32,000 bases of DNA from Opitutales bacterium (GTDB lineage: Bacteria; Verrucomicrobiota; Verrucomicrobiia; Opitutales; PNEW01). The stretch is taken from NCBI GenBank assembly GCA_965219535.1, contig CBDCNV010000001.1, positions 1,260,001 to 1,292,000 of the forward strand, read 5' to 3'. The notes beneath the pieces were generated by a model. It searched no databases, was not told the DNA's origin, and saw nothing but the letters and a program-made list of their open reading frames with translations. A program made the translations under genes and the position numbers. Of this stretch, positions 25,061 to 32,000 are shown in pieces; positions within the stretch are counted from its first letter, which is position 1, and each line of letters opens with the position of its first letter.

Positions 25061-27295
25061 ATGAAAAGAAAATCTGTAATAATTATTCCGCTTCTGATTT
25101 TTTTGCTTCAATTACCAGTGCGTTTGTTGGCTTTACCACGGGGCCTCAACACTTTTTTTGATTTTGAAAATAAAACAGCCACAGGGAAAGATTTCACTCT
25201 GGGCGTTGCCCCGTTTACTATCAGGGCAATTGGGTTTACCCTGGAAACTGTGGACAATCCGGCCCTTGCACATTCAGGAAACAAAGCTTTGGTTCTTGAA
25301 GCGGGTCAGGAAGGGAAAATTATTTTTGAAAGAGGCGTCAATTTACTCCAGTTTTATGCTGCTGAAACAACCGGTGGTGGCCGATTGGAGCTTAGAGATA
25401 AAATTCGACGAACTTTAAGGATAAATGGGGTAATAGAAGGTCTGCCTGCTGACATCAGCCCCAGTGCTAACCCACCGATTCAAAGTTTCGTCGCCTTCAG
25501 CGGGGATATTCTAGATGATGCCGACCTTACCTTTACGAGCGGTGTCATCGAAATTAAAATTATCAATGTAAATGGACGTGCGGCCATAGACGATCTTGGT
25601 TTTACTTATGTTGTTGGTCCACCCAACAATACCATTTTTGAAAATTTCGAGGATGAGGGTATGAGGCCAGAATTTAATAGCCCTCCTAATACGCATGTAA
25701 ATTTCACTATCGGTACGCCACCTTACACCGCTTCTTTTACCGGTGGCATTGCGTCCAACTCAGGTGGACAATTTTTTAATCATACTATTCCCGGCGGCGC
25801 AGTCTGGAGAGTTGAGGACTCATCTTTTGTGGGAGGGAAAGGTATAGGAATTATTAATTTTGAGACCCCAGTCGCTAAGGTAGAATTTTACGCTGCTGTG
25901 TTCCTTGAAGAAGATGGAGAAATTCAAGTATTCGACACCAATGATAACCTCCTCACTTCAACCAAAGATATTCCACTTAGTATAAGTCACTTATTTGATT
26001 CACCCTTTGATTATTTTTCTTTTAATGCTGCAGAATTAGGAGCCCTTGAAGGGATCGGGGAAATACATTATCTCAATTTGGATGAAGTTTCATTCCAAGG
26101 GAATGTTCTGCATAATGTCATCGATGATTTTGGATACACCCCAGTCGGTGCTCCTGGAAGTGGCTTCGAGGGTTCCCCACCCGCTGATGCTCCCTCCATC
26201 ACTACCCAGCCGGCGAGCCAGGAAGGGCAGTCCGGCGCTTCGGCGAGCATATCGGTTGTCGCCAGCGGCGATGATCTCAGCTACCAGTGGTATATCGGCA
26301 ACAGCGGTGACACTTCCAGTGCTATCGCGGGTGCTACCGGAAGTACTTTAACCACGGGTGCACTCACCGCGAGCACGAGTTTCTGGGTGCAGGTAACTAA
26401 TGCGGGAGGTACCTCTGACAGTGATACCGCTGTTATCACCATCGCAGCACCGACCGTGCCCCTGGTTCTCGAAGGAACAGGAGATATCGCCGGTGAAAAC
26501 ATCCAACACTCCAACGGCAACATCTTCGACCAGGTCTTATTAACTGGAGAGTCCATCCAACTACAAGCAAGACCGAATCAGATCACCCGGGTATCGTTCA
26601 TGGACGAAGACGAGGACATTGTGCAGGTAGAGTTCTCAGGCGCAGGTACCTTTACCGTTACTCTGGCCCCGGCCACCTTCCTGCCCGCGGCGTTGCCTCC
26701 GCGTTATAACCAGTCAGTAGATTACGTGACGGGCAAACCGAGTGTGGTCATCGAAGGAGCGGATTCCAGCACCTTCTTCAGTATCTTCACCGTGGGATCA
26801 ATCAACGCCGTGAACCAGGCCTTGTTCCCCAAGGGGCAGGTCTATGATGCCGAGGCCGACGTGACGTTAGTAGAGGTAATTAACTCTACGGGGATAGGAG
26901 GCATGCAGCTGTCGAACACGGTGTTCAGTGGAAGCACTGGAAGGATAGGCGTGGATGCGAGAGGAGTACCGATCGCGGTACGCTTAACTGTAGGTGACAT
27001 CGATGCCAGTGGTGATGCGGTACCGCATTTACTATTTGGGACAGGTTCCTTCACGGTGGCCGCGGGCAACCCCGGGTTGCGGATCACAGGAGGTGACCTG
27101 GCGCAGACGAACGGAGCTTCAATTGTAGTCGCCGAGAGCGGGTCGACGACGACTGGCTTTGAGGAGAGCTTTATCTCCCAGAACAACTTCAAGTCCGACA
27201 ACACGCCTCAACCGACTCAGAGCATTGATGCGTCATTTGCAAATGAAGATGGTCAGGAAATCTCAGTCACTGTGGAAGAGTTGACGATTGAGTGA
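25061..27295 (+). CDS. secreted multidomain protein with two related N-terminal beta-sandwich-like modules and an Ig-like domain
   Basis: The track ORF starts at a TTG inside the IS end (24998). The ATG at 25061 gives the signal peptide MKRKSVIIIPLLIFLLQLPVRLLA. Two internally similar modules are present (FDFENK...LLQFYAAE...RLELRD and FENFEDE...KVEFYAAV...EIQVFD). The Ig-like segment is ITTQPASQ...LSYQWYIGNSGDTSSAIAGATGSTLTTGALTASTSFWVQVTNAGGTSDSDTAVITI. Confidence 0.75.
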   Translation: MKRKSVIIIPLLIFLLQLPVRLLALPRGLNTFFDFENKTATGKDFTLGVAPFTIRAIGFTLETVDNPALAHSGNKALVLEAGQEGKIIFERGVNLLQFYAAETTGGGRLELRDKIRRTLRINGVIEGLPADISPSANPPIQSFVAFSGDILDDADLTFTSGVIEIKIINVNGRAAIDDLGFTYVVGPPNNTIFENFEDEGMRPEFNSPPNTHVNFTIGTPPYTASFTGGIASNSGGQFFNHTIPGGAVWRVEDSSFVGGKGIGIINFETPVAKVEFYAAVFLEEDGEIQVFDTNDNLLTSTKDIPLSISHLFDSPFDYFSFNAAELGALEGIGEIHYLNLDEVSFQGNVLHNVIDDFGYTPVGAPGSGFEGSPPADAPSITTQPASQEGQSGASASISVVASGDDLSYQWYIGNSGDTSSAIAGATGSTLTTGALTASTSFWVQVTNAGGTSDSDTAVITIAAPTVPLVLEGTGDIAGENIQHSNGNIFDQVLLTGESIQLQARPNQITRVSFMDEDEDIVQVEFSGAGTFTVTLAPATFLPAALPPRYNQSVDYVTGKPSVVIEGADSSTFFSIFTVGSINAVNQALFPKGQVYDAEADVTLVEVINSTGIGGMQLSNTVFSGSTGRIGVDARGVPIAVRLTVGDIDASGDAVPHLLFGTGSFTVAAGNPGLRITGGDLAQTNGASIVVAESGSTTTGFEESFISQNNFKSDNTPQPTQSIDASFANEDGQEISVTVEELTIE

Positions 27296-27806
27296 TTTCG
27301 ATAAAATATCTAACGCTTACGATCAGTTCCTAACCTCATACTACCCTAAGGCAGAACCAATCACAGAAGCCGGTGACTGGCACCTACTCCTGGTATGGAT
27401 CCCCGACGGTAAACCAGAGGTAATCTACTCTATTGATTTCAGTAACGGTAAGCTATCGATCATCCTGGTGCGCTTTCTGGAATCAGCATGGCACAAATTC
27501 TGTGAAGCTTATTCTCAGGAGCAGGAGAAGGTAAGTGTAGAAATCGAACGAGGTGAGATGAACCTACCTGATGATCATTCCATTGTTGCCCTTGTTAATG
27601 AAGGCCTTCCCCGATCATGCGAAAATGATTCTCAAGCAGTCCTGGATGGTGAGCAGTTCAAACTATCATTCACAAACTATGCAGGAGAATTTGAAAGCCA
27701 AATATGGGCACCATATGAAAAGCAAGATGATGCCTGGATAAAGCTGATTGATTCAGTGCGTGGTGCCGGTGCTTTGGTGCCGAGGAGGTATGCGGCTCAT
27801 ACCTAA
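27288..27806 (+). CDS. hypothetical cytoplasmic protein (172 aa)
   Basis: The ORF has a TTG start overlapping the upstream stop by 8 nt. No in-frame ATG occurs until about codon 91. No motif recognised. It ends 16 nt before the likely nuclease start. Confidence 0.45.
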   Translation: MSDFDKISNAYDQFLTSYYPKAEPITEAGDWHLLLVWIPDGKPEVIYSIDFSNGKLSIILVRFLESAWHKFCEAYSQEQEKVSVEIERGEMNLPDDHSIVALVNEGLPRSCENDSQAVLDGEQFKLSFTNYAGEFESQIWAPYEKQDDAWIKLIDSVRGAGALVPRRYAAHT

Positions 27807-27822
27807 AACTCCGTTACAAGTA

Positions 27823-28818
27823 ATGAGATCAGTCATCAAGAGAACGTTAGCACTTCTCCTGTTAATCAATGTTAATGGGCTTCATGCCATTGAAGAAGAC
27901 GTCTATAATGGCGTTCCTCAAGATGTAAAATACCCCCATTCAATCACACCATTAGACAATGAAGGTTTTGCCGTAGGTTATGACGAAACAAGAAAAGCCC
28001 CTGCTTGGGTATCTTATCGTCTGTTTCCCAATCCAGGCAGATATAGCTATGAACGCCCATCAAGGTTTAGGACTGACAACAGGACGCAATCCCGCATAAG
28101 CCACGATCACTACACACATAGCGGTTTTGATAGAGGCCACCTGGCACCAAACTATGCGATTATGACACGCTATGGGCGTGCTGGACAGGTAGACAGCTTT
28201 TTAATGAGCAACATCGCTCCTATGCGGCCATCTTTCAATCGGGGCATTTGGAAAAACTTGGAAAGCCTGATCGCACGAAATTACAGTAACAGCTTTGAAG
28301 AACTGTGGGTGGTTACCGGACCTATTTATGATGAAGACATTCAGAGGTTAGCAACAGGGGTTGAGGTTGCCGATGCCTTTTTCAAGATCGTAATTGACGA
28401 GGTCGAGGGTAATCCTCGTGCACAGGCATTTGTAATTCCTCACCATTCGTTAATTGGCAGTCTTAGCAACTACTTAACATCGGTTGATGAAGTGGAGAAA
28501 GCTACTGGATTTGATTTCTTCAGTGAGCTTCCTGACAACATAGAGAATAAGATAGAGGCGAAAATTTCTCCAGGTATATGGATAAGTAATGGCTACGTAA
28601 AAGCACCTGAGAAGACAACAACTGCAAGATCACCACCAACTACTTACCCAAAGCAAAACACTTCACCACGAAAAGAGCAAAAGGTAGAATCAAGGTTTTG
28701 GCTTAATACTAATTCTGACGTTCGGCACAACTCAAGCTGTCGATATTTTCATAATACAAAACAAGGTCGAGCATGCCCCAAACACGAAGGCAGGGCTTGT
28801 GGGATTTGTGGGGGGTGA
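27823..28818 (+). CDS. secreted DNA/RNA non-specific endonuclease (Endonuclease_NS / NucA family) with Cys-rich C-terminal tail
   Basis: It has the active-site motif SGFDRGHLAPNYAI (D-R-G-H...N) and the later SNIAPMRPSFNRGIW. The ATG at 27823 gives the signal peptide MRSVIKRTLALLLLINVNGLHA. The track start at 27748 and the ATG at 27790 are alternatives. The C-terminus is RHNSSCRYFHNTKQGRACPKHEGRACGICGG. Confidence 0.85.
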   Translation: MRSVIKRTLALLLLINVNGLHAIEEDVYNGVPQDVKYPHSITPLDNEGFAVGYDETRKAPAWVSYRLFPNPGRYSYERPSRFRTDNRTQSRISHDHYTHSGFDRGHLAPNYAIMTRYGRAGQVDSFLMSNIAPMRPSFNRGIWKNLESLIARNYSNSFEELWVVTGPIYDEDIQRLATGVEVADAFFKIVIDEVEGNPRAQAFVIPHHSLIGSLSNYLTSVDEVEKATGFDFFSELPDNIENKIEAKISPGIWISNGYVKAPEKTTTARSPPTTYPKQNTSPRKEQKVESRFWLNTNSDVRHNSSCRYFHNTKQGRACPKHEGRACGICGG

Positions 28819-28833
28819 GTTTAGGCTAATCAC

Positions 28834-29733
28834 TTACACCTGATTTAGATTTGGTGCTCTTAATATAGTCCATCCATCTTCATCCCATGCGAGAATACAG
28901 CCACAATGATGGCATTCGTAAGCACCCCATAAACCGATCATATAATCAGCTAATTGTCCTTCGCTAATCTCTTCTATATCAATTTCACATTTATAAATAC
29001 TGTCCCATCCACGGCAATACAAACATTGCCTAATAGGTAAGTAATCAATTGACGGTTTATCAAATTGCTCCCATTCCACATTTGACCAAACCCGCCATTC
29101 ATCCCCCCTTAAATTATTTGAATGCCCCATAATTACACTTTCATCTTTAGGAGAAAAATAAATATACCTATCTTCAGTAATTTTAATTTTAATTTTATTT
29201 TTTATATATTTCCACAATTCAATCGTAAGGGAACAATCGATTTCATTGTATTTCATAATAGCTTTATAAGACTTTCTTTTAATCCAATATCTGAGCTGAT
29301 TTACGGTGAGCGATTTCCCGCTTCCTAAGTTGAGACTAGAAAGATTATCTAGACCAAGATGCCTGATTTCCTTTTTAGTTGCTGTCCAAGATAAGAATCT
29401 TTTTACATCAAATCGTTTAATGTGAGGATTCTTTTTCCACCAACAAAGTGCGAGAGTATCAACAGTTTTAGCACATAATGGTGCTGGGTCCATAATTGAA
29501 GAAAGAACTCTGTAATCGAATTTAAGAATGTTGTGGCCAATAATAAGATCACAATTCCTTTCGAGATATTTTGTTAGATTTCGGATATCCTTTGGGTGCC
29601 ACCAACGGTAGCTTTTCTTTTTCTGTCTTCCTTGGACATTATACTCTTTTGTTCCAATTAAAAACACCTCTGAACTTTGAGGGTTATTGAAATTGGTTTT
29701 AGATGTCTCAATGTCTAGTGCGACAACTTTCAT
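28834..29733 (-). CDS. DEDDy-type 3'-5' exonuclease-like protein (PolB-exonuclease-related RNase H fold) with C-terminal zinc-ribbon-like Cys pairs
   Basis: The motifs are ExoI VVALDIETS, ExoII IIGHNILKFDYRVL and ExoIII YNEIDCSLT (Y-x3-D). The C-terminus carries CLYCRGW...YKCE and YECHHCGC. The gene is AT-rich. Confidence 0.7.
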   Translation of the reverse strand: MKVVALDIETSKTNFNNPQSSEVFLIGTKEYNVQGRQKKKSYRWWHPKDIRNLTKYLERNCDLIIGHNILKFDYRVLSSIMDPAPLCAKTVDTLALCWWKKNPHIKRFDVKRFLSWTATKKEIRHLGLDNLSSLNLGSGKSLTVNQLRYWIKRKSYKAIMKYNEIDCSLTIELWKYIKNKIKIKITEDRYIYFSPKDESVIMGHSNNLRGDEWRVWSNVEWEQFDKPSIDYLPIRQCLYCRGWDSIYKCEIDIEEISEGQLADYMIGLWGAYECHHCGCILAWDEDGWTILRAPNLNQV

Positions 29734-29870
29734 TACCTTATATGTCTAGCGTGCAACTTACTGGCTTGAGAATAGTGCTCTATAGATGGAGTGTAGTCCT
29801 TTTTACTCAATCGTCATGACTCCAATCAGTCCTAATCAATATCCAACATGCTCTGCGCATTCACGAAAAC

Positions 29871-30497
29871 TCATAGCGTAATCTTTTCCTGCTTCTGAAA
29901 TTTGGCTAAAATTCTAACTCGTCTATAAAGTGATAGTAGTATTTTGAGAGCCTTAAGTGGTGAATCTGTGTGTTTGATAATTTCGTCTGCGTCTATACCC
30001 AGAATTTTCCCTATCTCACGGACATGAGACTCGCAAATTGATTGATCTTCTTTGTTTAACCCGCGGATTTCATGCTCCGTCTTAACCTTAAGGAGTTTTC
30101 TTCCCTGAAGATCTTTATATACTTTGTTGTATGTATCATTAAAGGTATTGATGCTGTTGCACACGCTCTTAACTGTTCGTTCTAGACTACGAGCGACTAT
30201 TTGGACTAGGAAAAGTTCTAGCCAACCTGGAGATGCATACCGAATTGAGATGATTCTAGGACGATAACGAGGAGGGACTGCCCATTTTAGCTGGTTATAG
30301 AAGTTGACTGCGCTGTAACCACCTTGCCAAGGATATGCTCCGTATGCATAATCTATCCGTTCTGTATCATGAATCCAATTATCTGGATTAAGCGCATAGT
30401 AAAGGAAGTAACATTGTTCGTAAGTCCTAGGAAATGTATAGAGATCTTCTAGTGTCCACTCCCCATCAATAGGAATTTTGTATGATTCACCCTCCAT
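29871..30497 (-). CDS. hypothetical protein (208 aa)
   Basis: ORF upstream of, and co-oriented with, the exonuclease-like gene (137-nt gap). Distinctive segments are YPWQGGYSAVNFYNQL and YASPGWLELFL. No family recognised. Confidence 0.6.
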   Translation of the reverse strand: MEGESYKIPIDGEWTLEDLYTFPRTYEQCYFLYYALNPDNWIHDTERIDYAYGAYPWQGGYSAVNFYNQLKWAVPPRYRPRIISIRYASPGWLELFLVQIVARSLERTVKSVCNSINTFNDTYNKVYKDLQGRKLLKVKTEHEIRGLNKEDQSICESHVREIGKILGIDADEIIKHTDSPLKALKILLSLYRRVRILAKFQKQEKITL

Positions 30498-30821
30498 GTC
30501 ACTTTCAAAGGCAGATAAATTACTTTCTCGTTTACTACAATTTCACACCACTTTTAATAAAAGATAGTAAAGCAATTAAATTTAACGCAAGGTGATTTAC
30601 CAAAGGGGTATCTAGCTATACCCAAGCCCAACAAAACGCTCTCATCACTCGTCAGCGCTCGAGAATGGTATGCTGTGGAAAACCTGCACCTAACATTAAG
30701 GTGGGGTGAGTGCTGAAAATATTTGCCATTAACTCACTCGATTGATTCTACTTTTTTTAATCGAAATCGATATCCAGAACTTTAGAACCATTTGTTAGGT
30801 TTTAAACATGTGGCGTTCAAA

Positions 30822-31571
30822 ATGAAATGGGAAATGAAACAACTCGAAGACGCGGTTCGAGCGGTAAACGGAGACCACGTTGCTAACAAACTCCAAGTTC
30901 ATACTCGGTCCGTCGATTTGAAGATCACTATGAGGAATTACCACGCTTGCGAGTCCATCCGTATTCTGAAGGAGGCAATTTACGACAGCGACGTAATCTC
31001 CGATAACGTCCACGAAGCAACCGCTGCTTCCAAAGCGATCTGGCTTTCGGCAACAGGGCACCCGAGCGCCCCACCATTGATTTACGCCCGCGTTCGCGCC
31101 GAAGCTGAGATGATAGCCGCAGCGCAATCGCTCCATTCAACTGCTGATATTATGGCATCAGTTGTGTATTGGGCACTAGATTTTCCTTCCAGCGCGAAAA
31201 CACTTGACGAATTCCAACTCAACCTATTTCGCGTTCGCGAACACTTGCAACAGGATCTCGTATACACGGAAATCACAAACGCGATAAACGATTTTTTCGA
31301 TCTCCCCCAATTCAAATACCTTACTGCATACGTAAATACCACAAAACACCGAAGCCTCGTCGAGGCCCCGTATACCGCCCAAACCGACCTTCGTGATAAA
31401 CCTCGCCAAGGCTTTCGCATCAAGGCTTTTAAGTATCGTAAATCGAAACGAAACGTCCAATCATACAATAGGACCTGGGCTGAGGATTTTCTGTTAACCG
31501 ATGCGGAAATAGTTGGTAACGGTATTTTAACCATCGGAAACTCCCTTAACGACTACTACGCACGCAAGTAA
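30822..31571 (+). CDS. hypothetical protein (249 aa from the ATG; 259 aa from the track TTG at 30792)
   Basis: ORF divergent from the 208-aa gene. The first in-frame ATG at 30822 gives MKWEMKQLED. No signal peptide and no family recognised. Confidence 0.6.
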   Translation: MKWEMKQLEDAVRAVNGDHVANKLQVHTRSVDLKITMRNYHACESIRILKEAIYDSDVISDNVHEATAASKAIWLSATGHPSAPPLIYARVRAEAEMIAAAQSLHSTADIMASVVYWALDFPSSAKTLDEFQLNLFRVREHLQQDLVYTEITNAINDFFDLPQFKYLTAYVNTTKHRSLVEAPYTAQTDLRDKPRQGFRIKAFKYRKSKRNVQSYNRTWAEDFLLTDAEIVGNGILTIGNSLNDYYARK

Positions 31572-31664
31572 CTTATAACCTTACAAATGCGTGAACCGGA
31601 GCGGCGATTTCGGCGGAATTTGATTTCAATGCGTGACTCCGCTGCGAGTCACCTATAGAGTTAG

Positions 31665-32000
31665 ATGATGGGAAAAAGAGAAGAACTCGAAGAGATTCTT
31701 GACCGCGGGACAGGTGAACGGGAACTTTTGGCATTTCTGAAAGAAAATCCGTTCATCATCACAGAATCTCTTTCATTCCTCGGGAATCCGACAATCGTTG
31801 TTGCCGAATTCCCGATTGGTCAATCGTTCAAAGCCGATTTCATGGTGATCGCTCCATATTCGGGTGCTTTTGACATCAAGTTTATTGAGGTGGAACCCCC
31901 AAAGGAAAAGCTTTTCAATAAAGATGGGACCTTAGCAAAGCGGGCAAATAAGGCATTAGAGCAAGTGAATAGTTGGGCCACTTACATCATAAAGAAAAGA
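31665..32000 (+). CDS. DUF4263 (Shedu SduA-type) PD-(D/E)xK nuclease-like protein, N-terminal 112 codons (runs off the right edge)
   Basis: Own translation from the ATG at 31665: MMGKREELEEILDRGTGERELLAFLKENPFIITESLSFLGNPTIVVAEFPIGQSFKADFMVIAPYSGAFDIKFIEVEPPKEKLFNKDGTLAKRANKALEQVNSWATYIIKKR. The order E..l..FL.eNP.i... / ..DF.v... / ..iEvE.P...lF.k.g.l....n.Al.Qv..y matches my memory of the DUF4263 profile. It is not in the ORF track because no stop lies in the window. Confidence 0.55.
   Translation, partial: MMGKREELEEILDRGTGERELLAFLKENPFIITESLSFLGNPTIVVAEFPIGQSFKADFMVIAPYSGAFDIKFIEVEPPKEKLFNKDGTLAKRANKALEQVNSWATYIIKKR

Noticed and set aside
27748-27822. Upstream extension of the endonuclease ORF. 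It overlaps the 172-aa ORF, and an AGGAGG lies 1 nt before the ATG at 27790.
   Set aside because: The spacing of the AGGAGG to the ATG at 27790 is too short for a ribosome-binding site. The signal peptide begins at the Met encoded at 27823. The longer forms are kept only as alternatives.
30822-31571. A HEPN-type RNase assignment for the 249-aa protein, based on NTTKHRS.
   Set aside because: The K-H-R triplet does not fit the HEPN R-x(4-6)-H motif. I see no second supporting element, so the protein is left as hypothetical.

Overview
The window splits into two contrasting halves.

**(A) 1-16.1 kb** looks like ordinary chromosomal catabolism and transport DNA.
- A minus-strand operon encodes an ICL/PEP-mutase-family enzyme, an HpcH-family aldolase and an SDR.
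- A PhyH-family dioxygenase and an aldo/keto reductase are transcribed divergently from it.
- One long minus-strand array runs 14965->4123. It holds two paralogous ~680-aa family-5 solute-binding lipoproteins, OppB/DppB-type and OppC/DppC-type permeases, three proteins I cannot assign, and a DapA/NanA-family aldolase. It has no ATPase genes.
- Its intergenic DNA is unusually repeat-rich: a conserved hairpin element in both binding-protein leaders, a perfect 229-bp tandem duplication, a (CCCTGAA)x10 microsatellite and a 14-bp x3 array.

**(B) 16.1-32 kb** is a compositionally mosaic accessory region. It starts at a 5'-truncated, internally disrupted C45-peptidase pseudogene.
- A small serine recombinase sits next to repeat and palindrome sites.
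- Two inverted, diverged and decayed IS3-family copies bracket ~5 kb. That segment holds an IS-decapitated ECF-type sigma factor fused in frame to a degenerate F1-ATPase beta-subunit-like domain, three small P-loop/kinase-fold genes, and a GC-rich 532-aa gene.
- Next come a secreted Ig-like-domain protein and a secreted non-specific endonuclease.
- An AT-rich block follows, with a DEDDy exonuclease/zinc-ribbon protein, two unknown proteins and the start of a DUF4263 (Shedu-type) PD-(D/E)xK-like protein.

I found no rRNA, tRNA or CRISPR array.

The best candidates for something undescribed are:
- the sigma-AtpD-like fusion (18.7-20.2 kb);
- a family of related 28-43-nt insertions that break both IS copies at four different sites;
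- the nuclease-rich divergent gene pairs at 28.8-32 kb.

All functional calls come from motif recognition by eye, not from database searches.
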